Shown: positions 43,289 to 54,592 of the stretch, in pieces | Numbering within the stretch: position 1 is the stretch's first letter | Layout of the letters: each line of letters opens with the position of its first letter | From: Rhynchopus sp. YZ270_cl-10 | Lineage: Eukaryota | NCBI GenBank assembly: GCA_964035575.1 | Contig: OZ037844.1 | Span: 1,364,001-1,428,000, forward strand | Length of the DNA: 64,000 nucleotides | Direction of reading: 5' to 3' | Program-made: the position numbers and the translations under genes | Notes under the pieces: model-generated | What the model saw: only the letters and a program-made list of their open reading frames with translations | Told to the model about the DNA's origin: nothing | Database searches by the model: none

Positions 43289-45856
43289 ATGTCGGCACCT
43301 TTTGACCGAACCTCATTTTCAACAGAGTTGCGCCCAACTCATGTTGCGCTGACTGCTGTGCCGCTATGCATATTAGGTGTGGTGTTGATTTTCGCCTGCA
43401 TATGGCGTGCCATGCAACGCACCTTTCGACTGGCTGTTGTGTTGATTGTATTGGTCGCTGCGGCGTTGCTGTGTGTAGGGCTTGTTGTGTGGTGTGTCAC
43501 TTACATTTCATCGCGCGATAGCATTCAGGACGCCAAAATCGAACATCTCACCTCCCAGGCTGGTGAAGCTGTGGAGAAACTTCATCGCGAACTACATCCG
43601 GGTGTTGCCTTTGTCGACACGATGCACGAAATGATGGAAGCAGGCGCCGTCGACCCCACCAACACCACATACCCCGAAGCACATCTCTTCATCGACCGCC
43701 TCGCCCTCAGCTTCATTGTCCCCCTCTCCCGCTCGGTCCGCTCCGTCTACTACGGCACGAAGGACGGCCACTACCTCGGAGGCCACATCGCAAAACCTAT
43801 TGGCACCACCGTCCGCCTCTCTGGAACAGGCGAAACCTTCCCTTCCTGGAGCAACTGCCCATACGAACTGTCCCCGCAAGACTGCAGCAACCACATCACC
43901 TCCGGAAACTGCGGGGACAACTCAACCACCGACGCACTCTGTTCCAAAGCATGCGGCAAAGGAGTCTCTTACACTTGGACCGTCTACATGGAACGCGACA
44001 CTAACACTTTCGACGGAGGCCATGTCAGCAGGGGATACAAACAAGGTGACACCAGTGGCGAATGCGACGTTTACTTCTTCGACCCACGGACCCGCCCATG
44101 GTATAAAGTAAAGGACCTAACGTGGTCCGTAGTGTACGCATACGAGAGCCTCCTCCCTACTGTCGGCATTACAGTCTCCCGAGGCTTCTTTTCTCCCGAT
44201 GGTACTCAGCTTGCGACGATTGCTACCGACTATGATATGACGTCCTTGGCGCCTCTAATGCAAGAGATGCTGCCATCAGAACATTCCGTTGCAGTCCTAC
44301 TGCAAGCGGATGCGACAGTAATCGCAGTCAGCCTTGATGCTGCAGAGCTTCATGAGGATATGGGGCGTGTGAAAATCCTGAACGAGATCCTTAATGTACA
44401 GACCACGGAGAATTGGAGGGAAGATTCTCGTATTAAAGAGACGGTGCGGAGGCTGTATGACCGGTATGGGAGTCTTGCGGGGTTGATGGACATTCGTGCG
44501 TTGCTTCTTCATGAGGATGATGTGGTGATGACGGTGCCGCTCCGTATTAGAGGTGGGCTCGATATGGTCTTAGTCGTGACAGTACCGTATGAGGATATCA
44601 TGGGGGAGGCGGACGATGCGTCGGCGTTGGCCCTTTGTCTGGCGATAGGCATTATTTTTGTTTCTTCTGCGTTTGTTCTGGGCATGGTGACCCTCATATT
44701 GCTCCCAATCACCCGACTTCAATCAGATATGTACAGAGTTGCGCATATGGATTTGGACCGCATAACCGATGTCACCACAGCAAGCAGCATCTCAGAGATG
44801 GCGGTCATGCAGAAGTCCTTTCATAGCATGGTGCTGCGGCTTGCGGAGTACCGCAACTACATCCCGTTAAGTGTACTCCCAACCATGGAGGAAGGCGATT
44901 CAACAGAAAGCCACGAACCTAGTATAGGCGTCCCCGGGAGGGATAAGGAGAGCAGTACAAACAAGGGGTCGGCAAACCATTCGTTGCATCACAGCGGGGC
45001 CAACCCTGCGACCGTTATGTCGCAGACGTTACGGACACAGCGGGTCACCCTGGTGGTGGGGAACATACGAGAATTTGGTGTGTTGGTTAAGACAAAGTCT
45101 TCTGCAGACCTGCAGCAGTTGCATGAGCTGTATATCGAGGTTCTCCATACGTTGTCGCAGAAGCTTCGTGGTATAGTAGAGGAATTCTGTGGTGACCGTG
45201 TGACTGTGTCGTTTAATGGTGCGTTCCAGTGTGTACAGCATGACGTAAATGGTTTGAGGTTTTGTCGTAGCGTTCTCGCAAGAGACAGCCCCATGCCAAA
45301 GGAGCTGAAGGTCAACACCGCAGCGACCTGTGGTAAGCTGCTGTGCGGATCTATGGGGTGCCGTGGGCTGAAGAGGTTTACGTATGTAGGACGGCCGCTC
45401 AACTGTGTGTACACGATTGAAAGGTACGGCGCTTCGTGGGGGGTGCCGATGCTGGTGGGGCAGGGCTTCAATGACGATATGTCGCATACCAGCACGCTCT
45501 TCGAGATGCGCAGAATCGCGAGAATCGAGGTCGGAGCGACGGTCGACTATATGTGTGAAGTGCTCGGTGAACTCTCATATGAACACGGCGAATGGATGTA
45601 CCAGCTTGAAAACAATGACAGTGGGTATCGGGCATACAATGCGGTGGTCGAAGCTTTGTATGAAGGCGACTACGACACAGCGGAGGCAAAAATTGAGGAA
45701 ACACGTGAAAAGCGGACGAATGTGAGGCATCTTCCCAAATGGCTTGCGCAGTGCCGCCGTGAAGGCAAACCGAAGCCCCTCAACCCGCAAGACCGCTGTA
45801 CATCAGAGGAGGTTGCGACCATGAATATGCAGGCCACAATATGCGACATTGAGTGA
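43289..45856 (+). CDS. Receptor-type protein: TM helices, Cache-like sensor domain, TM, HAMP-like linker, degenerate class III nucleotide cyclase domain (855 aa)
   Basis: FDPRTRPWY Cache motif; PITRLQSDMYRVAHM..EMAVMQKSFHSM HAMP-like; VTLVVGNIREF, GIVEEFCGD and YVGRPLN cyclase-like motifs; acceptor CAG at 43251-43253. Confidence 0.85.
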   Translation: MSAPFDRTSFSTELRPTHVALTAVPLCILGVVLIFACIWRAMQRTFRLAVVLIVLVAAALLCVGLVVWCVTYISSRDSIQDAKIEHLTSQAGEAVEKLHRELHPGVAFVDTMHEMMEAGAVDPTNTTYPEAHLFIDRLALSFIVPLSRSVRSVYYGTKDGHYLGGHIAKPIGTTVRLSGTGETFPSWSNCPYELSPQDCSNHITSGNCGDNSTTDALCSKACGKGVSYTWTVYMERDTNTFDGGHVSRGYKQGDTSGECDVYFFDPRTRPWYKVKDLTWSVVYAYESLLPTVGITVSRGFFSPDGTQLATIATDYDMTSLAPLMQEMLPSEHSVAVLLQADATVIAVSLDAAELHEDMGRVKILNEILNVQTTENWREDSRIKETVRRLYDRYGSLAGLMDIRALLLHEDDVVMTVPLRIRGGLDMVLVVTVPYEDIMGEADDASALALCLAIGIIFVSSAFVLGMVTLILLPITRLQSDMYRVAHMDLDRITDVTTASSISEMAVMQKSFHSMVLRLAEYRNYIPLSVLPTMEEGDSTESHEPSIGVPGRDKESSTNKGSANHSLHHSGANPATVMSQTLRTQRVTLVVGNIREFGVLVKTKSSADLQQLHELYIEVLHTLSQKLRGIVEEFCGDRVTVSFNGAFQCVQHDVNGLRFCRSVLARDSPMPKELKVNTAATCGKLLCGSMGCRGLKRFTYVGRPLNCVYTIERYGASWGVPMLVGQGFNDDMSHTSTLFEMRRIARIEVGATVDYMCEVLGELSYEHGEWMYQLENNDSGYRAYNAVVEALYEGDYDTAEAKIEETREKRTNVRHLPKWLAQCRREGKPKPLNPQDRCTSEEVATMNMQATICDIE

Positions 45857-48065
45857 AAAACAAACAAACAAAAAAAAAAATACATAGTGAAGCTCATCCT
45901 ACTAATACAAGCCAAGTTTTCAGAAAAAAAAATAGTTGAGGTAGTGTGTTGGACCATGGTTCCTGCATGCCTCATCTCTGTTGTGGTTGAGGTGCCTTCA
46001 GCCATGTTTGTTACGTTGTGCGCGCTTCTTGAAAGGTGCATGTGTGTGTGCGGTCACACCATGTTGTCATGTCGTATTCTTTCTACACAAGGGATTGAGT
46101 GAACCCTTGAAAAAAAAGGGGGGAGACGGGTCTAGAAATGTAGAACTGTTCACGTTTCTGTGCACCAGGAACATTTTTTTTAAAAGATGACTAAGCACGA
46201 GAGGCTTAGTTAGGGTCAGCTTATAAACTTTTCTTTCTTTTCTATGCCACGATATCTACCCTTTTTTGAAATGCTGCTGTATAATTCTTAACAATTGGCT
46301 CGTATCGCTCCCTTGTTATTTTTATTTTTATTGCATTGACAGAAACTGTTCGTTTGTTTTTTGCATTATGTTCTTTCCTTCTTAACCCTTGTTCATAGTC
46401 TCAACCAATGATGGATCGTGCATTTTGTTTTTTTTCTCTCTCTTCTTTTTAGTTTTTTCCCCTCTCCCTTTTTGTTTGTTTTGCGCACGTCCACTTCATC
46501 GATTCAAAAATGTGTAAAAAAAGCTTAACAACTTCTCCCGAAAAAGGCTAGAGAATCCACCCGATTTTTTCCTCTTGTGGGTGGTTTAAATACCACCCTT
46601 TAACTCCACTAAAACTGCACCAAAATTTCAGGAAAAAAATTAGGTGGAAAATTCATGGAGCATTTTATCGTTCTATGTCGGGAGATATAATCGTTTTGTG
46701 ACATTCGGCTTAACTTACTTAACAACTTCACCCCAATGTGACCCCAAGGCTGGAACATGCATGAGCAAAAGAAGGCCTTATAATTGATCGCATCGCCATG
46801 TGGTGAAGGGGTGCAACAAAACTACATATGACGGAAAGAAGCGGAACCACATCCCCAGGATGTCCTCACTATCCACCGCCCATAGTAGAAGGTGGATCGC
46901 GTTTCCTTTACACTCTACTGTTGTAGGCCGCAGGGTGGGCTGGCATCGTGCGTGGGTCAGTCGGAGGTGCCTGCATCAGCCACAGTTTTTTTTTGAGACA
47001 ACTGCCTTGCAAAGGTTGTAGGGGAGGAAATGAAAACATATCTGAGTGTGCCCGAATTTTTGGTGTGAGCAATGTAAACACGACACAACTTATCCACAGA
47101 AAAGTTTTTGATTTTGTCCCTACACACTCACACACAAAAAATCCGGTGCGATCAACGAAAAACTCTTTTTCTGATTTCGTTTCTTTCTTTATCAGACTAG
47201 CTTAAACTCAGATAACAGTTTTTATTTTTTGCATCACAAATAGGTTGCCAGTGTTGTCTCTGTGCGTGAATTTTTAGAAATCAGTTTTTTTTTTCAGGAC
47301 ACGGCTTCGTGTGGAATGATGTGTCCTTGTGTATGTGTGTTTGGACATACGGGTCTTCACGTGTTACAACACGTGCAAATTTTGCATACTTCTGCAGACC
47401 CGGTCACACATTGCAAAGTACTTACGCTTTTTATTTTGTTTTCCCCCCCCTCTTTGTTTTTTCAAGAACTTTGTTGTCAGACCGGCCCTGCCGCCACATC
47501 CTTGTAGGGAGTTGTGCTGTCTGTATACTACTTTGGGATACTCATGTTGTGCTTAATGTTTATTTTGTTATTTTCCTTTTCTTTGTAATTTTATTCTCCT
47601 GGTACGGGTCATCTGGGCAAGCGTCGCTCAACCAATGCTACGTGGACGCCGTTTTTTGTTACGCCAGATACAAGATAGAATATCTCGTTTACATTTTATT
47701 TTCAGCTGATTTTTTTCTAGTGTTTTTCGTCCAGTGGATGTTTCACGGTAACTGATCACTACGTGAACTCACCACGACTCCTTGGTCCCTATAAATGTTG
47801 GTTCTCGGACCTCGTATTTTTTAGGGCTACATGTATTATATACTGCTTGTATGTATCTATGTATACTCTAAATGGACTTTGACTACCCGATGTTTACATC
47901 TTTTCTTTTACTTTTAATCCTACCTTTTAGCGAAAAACACTCCCACCCTCCCCAATACAGAAATCTGTTTTTGTCCCCAGACTGCCCCCCTGTTTTGGAT
48001 ACGGAGTGCCCTTTGTTTTAAATAAGGAGAATTTTATTTTCCTACCTATTTAAAAAAATATATAT

Positions 48066-49196
48066 CAGTCAATAATTGAGCCACCGGGACTTTTTTCCGT
48101 TTTTGTACAGAAAAAGTTTTAATTTCTACTCGTCAAAAAAAATTGTCCGACCCCGCAATTAAAAGATATCGACTCGGAAACCCATCCCCGCTGGGTTTTG
48201 AAAAATTTTGATGTCGTTGGTTCACCTCAGATGTGTGAGGGCCTCGACCAAAATCAGTTTTTCCAGTTTTCGGGTATAAGCCTGGGCGGTAGTATTTTAC
48301 AAAAAAATTCTCAAAATTCAAAAAAAACTGTTCGAATGGATTCAGATCGTGCAAAACAGTCAAAATATCACTTTTGACAAAGAAAAAAAAGTGATCCTCA
48401 CTGTTACGCAGCCACCTTCCTGACCCCCCTGGAACCTGGTTTTTGTGTGGGGGGCTCCCTGTACAAAGTCCTAAGGGAAGTCTGAAGGGGTACTGGTTGG
48501 TGGCCATTTTTTGCCTACAAAAAATCGGGAAAAAAAATTTTTTTTTTTCGGTTTTTCGGAGTCTGTGCGTGCTGTGATGGCGTCACTTTGCGCTCAGAAA
48601 TGAGTATTTTTGACCTAAAATGCATGTGTCAGTTTAGACTGGCTGTACGCCGTTTTCCACGGTGTACAGCCACAACTACCCATGTACAGAAGAATTTTTA
48701 ACTTCTACTCATTTCCAGAAATCGTGCGACCCCGCAATTAAAAGATATCGACTCGGAAATCCATCCCCGCAGGGTTTTAATTTTTTTTTTAAATTTCGGT
48801 GGGTCGCATTCATGCAATTCATTTTCGACTTTTTGGGATTCACCAATCTGGAGTTCAAAAATTTTTTTTTTTGTGTTATCAAGCATTGACGAATAGAAAT
48901 GGAAAACGACGGATGGTGCGTGCCCGCTTTAGCGTATTGTTTTTCCACTAACATCACTCACATTCATCAGTGAAAAACACAATCCTTTTGCGGTGCGATA
49001 AACGAAAAAGTGTTTTCTTTATTTCATTTAACTGTCATATCCTGAAGTCGTTTTCTATTTTATATTTATATTTATATTTCTTTGCATTCCGCTGCTCAAA
49101 ATCTTTCAATTGCGGGGTCGGACAATTTTTTTTGACGATCAGTTTTTTGTTCAACGAACCTTGGGAGAAAAGTCCCGGTGGTTCAGTTATTGACTG
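48066..49196. mobile_element. Non-autonomous TIR transposon (Tc1/mariner-like, or 4-bp ATAT TSD type)
   Basis: 29-bp TIR CAGTCAATAAYTGARCCACCGGGACTTTT inserted in an (AT)n run. Confidence 0.85.
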
Positions 49197-49399
49197 ATAT
49201 ATATAAAACCCCTCTCTTTGTTTTTGTGTGTTTGTGTTTTTTTTTTTTTTCAAAATTTTGCAAAAAAAAAATTTGGTGCAGTCGCACCCCACCCCACTCC
49301 CGTTGGGTGGTACGGGGTTGTCCTGAAACTTTTTGCCGCTAACGAAAATGCTTTTCCCTCCCGGCAAAAAAAAAAAAAAAAAAAAAAAACTAAAACCAG

Positions 49400-50932
49400 C
49401 AGGGTAGATCCTTAGCGAAAGTGAAAATAAGGATTCGAGATTTTTTATTTTTTTTTCCTTTTTTTTTTTCCTTTTTTCTCTGGCCCATTTTTTTGGTTAC
49501 CTACTAATTTCCAGCCACAGAGTGGCACCACCACGGTCCGCGATCGATCCGGAAAGTCAAAATAAGGGGGAAACCAAAAGGAAAAAAAAAGTAAAAGTTC
49601 GCTACCGTTTTTTTGGCTGGCCTTCGGCCCGCCAATGCCCCTTTAATATTTGTCTTCACTTCATAAGACAAGTACCAACGAGTGTCAATTCTCAGTGTCA
49701 CCTTGCATAAGACAATTTTGAAGCATATTTTTGAAGAACACAATTACTATGTCCACAAACCCGCAAAGCGGACCATTGTAAAAGGGTTGGTGCTGAGGGT
49801 GGAGGTTTCGAAGAAGTGTGTGTGTTAAAGGTCGGGTATGAGTCACCTGTACGGAGTATGAGATCCAATAATAAAGACTTCAAAAACCCATAAGGCCCCA
49901 GTATTGTTGTCGAAAATCCCCACTTAATTTTTGGTGGGATTTTGAACTTTGCCCAAAAACTGCGAAAAAAATTTCCGCTCGCTGCGCTCGCGGAGGTCAC
50001 CCAATGCGGTCTCGCCTACCCAAACTGCCGGTGCATCGGCACTACCTATTTAATTTTGAAATTTTTCTTTCTAATACCGGGCACTACCACTTTTTTTCAG
50101 AATGTTTCTAGAAAGTATTACCCTTGTCAGAGGGCGCAGTGTCCGACAAGGGTCACAGCCAGAATGCGATATAATTGGTCAAATGCCGAAGGAAAAGGAA
50201 GCATGCGAAAGGAGAAAAGTAGCGTACCGTGCCTGCGGCGCAAGATTGCAACCCACCCTTCCCATGACTAGTTTGGCAGTAAAAATGTGCAATTTTGAGC
50301 GCAATTTTTTGAAATGTTGCGTACCGTGGCTTCGCCAGAAACTTTCGTTTCAGCAAAATCTGGAAGTAAAATTTACGGTAACTGTTGATAATTACCAACT
50401 ACAGTGCCGTTTTATGGCAGCATTTTCAGAAATGTTGCGTACCGTGGCTTCGCCATGGGTGCCACGACCGCCGTTTCTTTTTGTAAATATACTGAGGTCA
50501 CTGCGTGTGCCTGGTGCAAATATCAATACAGTGCCGAACTCCGCAGTGGGATAACCGAGGAATTCTCACATTCCGCCGGAGGCCCTAACGAGCTGGGTTG
50601 GGCTCGACCGAGTTTCAGCAAAAAACCCCAAAACCTATATTATCCCCTGGGGTTTAGTTCTACGACAGATGAGATGTGTAAAAAAAACACCACTATTATG
50701 CCTCAGTACAGTACCAACCTGCTTGTTGGATTTTTTTTTAGACTGTCACTCAATTTTTCCGCTCGCTGCGCTCGCGGACAAACCATCAACCCCCACGATT
50801 TCCCAAAAACCTGAAAGTTAGCGTCAGGCCTGCGCGGAAAATTTTCAAAAATGGGAGAGAAAAAAAAAGGAAAAAAAACGAAAATAAATCTGGGATTTTT
50901 AGCGTTTTTAGCGAAAATAAGGATCTACCCTG
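49400..50932. mobile_element. Non-autonomous hAT-like element (family A, copy 2)
   Basis: TIR CAGGGTAGATCCTTA, 8-bp TSD AAAACCAG. Confidence 0.92.
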
Positions 50933-51098
50933 AAAACCAGACCAAAACAGAGAGAATCAACCATTTCCCCCGATTTGCTACACCTACTTTTAACACCACC
51001 CCCGTTGGGTGTTATTCTAACGCATTTTTATTTATTTATGTATCTGTGGAGAACGTCCATTTGTACTTTCTCTTCATTGATTTAGAAGAACAACGTAC

Positions 51099-51271
51099 TA
51101 TGCATACAGCCCGAGCCGGGCAGAAAAAATACTCCCGAATAAATAAAATACTCCAGACTGAGTCCAGGCTGAGTCTGGACTGACTCACTCAGCCTCGCCT
51201 TAGCCTGGACTCAGTCCGGTAGATATAACTCAGGCTGAGTCGGCCCGACTCGGCCCATATGGATAGCATAG
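51099..51271. repeat. Foldback element with CTGAGTC/GACTCAG internal repeats
   Basis: CTATGC...GCATAG ends, CCGAGCCGGGC/GCCCGACTCGG arms. Confidence 0.5.
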
Positions 51272-53568
51272 AATATGAACGCAATTCATGCGAAATGCAG
51301 CTGTATTGATACATGGTAATAAAAGCACATCAGAACACACCACACCCTTTTGTGAGGCACCACAAAATTAAAAAGGAGCAAAGACGTGAGTTAACAATGC
51401 AGGCCCGCATTCTCCCCTTGAGGTGTTATTCGTAACCACGATAAAATAGCCAACGTTTTTTTTTTAAATATCCTCTTTCAGAGGGAAGCAAAGAAAAAAT
51501 GGGGGGATGGGGCAGTACATGTTACACCCTTGCATGCAGTAGTAAGTATACGAATTTGTTTTCAAATGATCTAGCTATTTTCCCTCCAATTTTTCCCCCT
51601 ATTTTCTTGAGGGTACTTATTTTTTTTAGTACCCTCTAATGCCTTCTTTTCGTAAAAGTATATGAAATAATTTCCATTTTTTTTTTTTTTTTTTATTTAT
51701 TTTCCCAAAAAATCACCTTTTTTTTTTTTTTTTTTTGCGCCAAATCATTCCACAACTTATTGGGCTGCGTTCAACGAAACATAATCTTTTATTCCCCCCC
51801 CCTTTTTTTTTCTGCCAAGTATCACAGATTAATTGGCTGGTGTTAAGAGAGTCCGGAGGGGTTTTTTTAAAGCCTCCAGGACTGTAGGGTGAATTTCCAT
51901 CAATGTGCGGGGGGAGGGCACGAACCCTTCCCTTAAAAGCACAGCAAGGGGATGAACCCAAAATGCCCCTTTTGCAACCCCCCTTTTACAGTGGAGATTG
52001 CACAAAACTATGGCAACACAACCGAGGCAACTACACTACAACAATTTATCAAAAAAAAAGAATCATCCTAAAAGTTGCTCTTAAGGGTTCAGGACGAACG
52101 ACGTTTATACCTTCTGTAGTACAAAAGGCTTCGGCCAACATTGAGTACAGACCCGAATTCTCCCACCTGGTGGGATTACTCGGCGATTGTCGACACAACA
52201 AAAAAGTGTGCAGGATAAAATGCGCATCCCCTATCATTTCCATTTTTTTTTTTTACTCCAAAGTGAACTACAGGCCACTGTGAGGTGAAGGTTTATCTTA
52301 CTAGAAACAAATTTTTACTTTTACTTTTGTTTTGCTTACCTCTAACTACCTCTTACGGTACCGACCCACCCCACCCCTTTGCATGAGACAATACGATCTG
52401 TTGTAGCACTGTTTCAACTACTCTTTGCTTTGCGAAAAGTTTTTTTTTTCTTTCTATCATTCTTTGGAATGTTTTGCAAAACATTCCAAAAAAAAAGCAA
52501 GGGTACATTTGTCGCACCTTCTTTGCATTCTTTTCGTTTCATTTAAGAAAAGAAAGTATATGAAATAATTTTTTCTTTCTATCGTTCTTTCGTTTCTCTA
52601 CCCACAACACTTAACGAACAAACGACATAACCGAAAAGATGGTGAACTATGCCTGAATAGATCGAAGCCAGAGGGGAAACACTGGTGGACTCTCATAGTG
52701 TTGGCGTGCAAATCACTCAAGCTGGGTATAGGGGCGAAAGACCCATCGAACCCTCCTGGTTTTTTTTTTTTTTTCCTTTTCACTCCGAAGTTTCCCCTCA
52801 GGATAGCTGGAACCACAAGAAAGGAGTGCTAGGTACGGGAAAAAAATGGGGAAAATCGCTTTTCCTCTACCTTCCTAGTCTTCTCCTTTTATTTGAGTGA
52901 GATATTTTTGGCTGTATTTGGCTGGGGGGGAAAGGTTCGCTATGTAGCACAACACAACAGAAGCAAAGAGACAGTACCATGTGTCAGGTAGATTAGTAAA
53001 AAGACAGATCAGTTGTGGTGTTGTGGTGTTGTGGTATTCTTTCAGTTTTGTCTCTTTTTCTTCCAATCTGACTCGCCTCCCCCCCCTTTCCTGCAAAAAG
53101 AAATAGCAACTCTCAAAAACTGGCGGCTTTAAGTTGTCTTTTACGAAAAAAAAGTAATTTCTTTGGGTTTGAGGATGATCTGCATCTATACCTATACCTT
53201 TGAAATTCATTAGCCTTCGGGCGACTTTGTGTACAGAACCCGTCCTCGGACGTCGAAACTACAAAAAAATCTTTCTTCCAGATGTGCACAACAGAGGCAC
53301 ATTATTACCCGTCTTTTCTCAATTGTCATTTGTTCTTTCCAGTAAACAGCAAAAAGTCGTGCCCATGAAAAGAATTGCCATCGACTTCCGACCTGCCCTT
53401 CTGTTAGTGGAGCTTTTGCTGCGTACTGTATCCGAGATGTGTGCGCAAGAGTCATATTCATCTTACAAAGCTTTCTTTTTAGTGCCCTGCGTCCGCGCCG
53501 GTAAAACGGTAAAAAGACATTTTGCACATTTTTCAACTCTCTTTTATATGAGGTACACAGTCAGTGTA

Positions 53569-54224
53569 CAGGGTTGTTTCTAGGGGGGTCGGGGGGGGTC
53601 ACTGACCCCCCCCCAGATTCTGGGGGGTCAAATTGACCCCCCCCGGGGGGGGGTCAATTTTTCCCCCAGAATCTGGCACGGTGCGCTGGTCAGCCTCACC
53701 CCCCTGTAAAAAATTACATATTTTCCCCCGAACTACACGTTTTCCACCCACCACCAGTGTTGGCACTGGTGAAGAGCGACAACACCCGCACCGACTACAC
53801 TACGTGGAACGGTGATGGGAGTGGGAAAAAATATTTGGCGAAAAGAATAAAAGTAGCGTACCGTGCGCCTGCGGCGCAAGCTTACATCACACCCTTCCCA
53901 TGACATAGTTTGGCTGTACAATAGCGCAATTTTAAGCGCAATTTTAGTAATGTTGCGTACCGTGGCTTCGCCAGGAACCTTTGGGTGCCATGGCCACCGT
54001 TTCTTTACCTGTTTCATACCCTCACAGAAGCTACATACCACCATGATATTCTGAAGCTTTGGGGTATGGGGTTTTCTTGGTGAGATCGAGGCTTCGTCGA
54101 GAAAGCTCGGAATACACCCAGAAACCCTTGAAAGACCATTTTTTCCCGGCGGAAAAAAAATTTTTTTTGGGAAAAAAATTGACCCCCCCCGAGAAAAAAA
54201 AACGAGATCCTAGAAACAACCCTG
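53569..54224. mobile_element. Non-autonomous hAT-like element
   Basis: 16-bp TIR CAGGGTTGTTTCTAGG, 8-bp TSD TCAGTGTA. Confidence 0.9.
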
Positions 54225-54455
54225 TCAGTGTATTTCAAAAAAAAAAATTTATTGTTTAAAATAGTTTCGCTCACCCGAAACCTTTCCCAGCTCCCTCCCC
54301 CCCGCATTTCCTGCAACACGACAGAGTAGTCAGGGGGTACTAGTGGAACTACAATCATAACGAGTGGTTACCAACTCTATGAATGAGATTGGAAAAAAAA
54401 AACAACTAGTTGTAAAACACTAGTCGTTTGGAGTAGTAGCACTACTAGTAGCCCC

Positions 54456-54592
54456 TAATGGTGGCAGTATTGTGATGGGAGCCCATTGGAATACGCAAAA
54501 TACATCAAAAATACATCACAATACACATTGTGATGCATTTTGATGTATTTTGCGCATTCCAATGGGCTCCCATCACAATACTACCGCCATTA
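54456..54592. mobile_element. 137-bp palindromic MITE, 8-bp TSD
   Basis: Arms TAATGGYGGYAGTATTGTGATGGGAGCCCATTGGAAT..., TSD GTAGCCCC. Confidence 0.88.
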
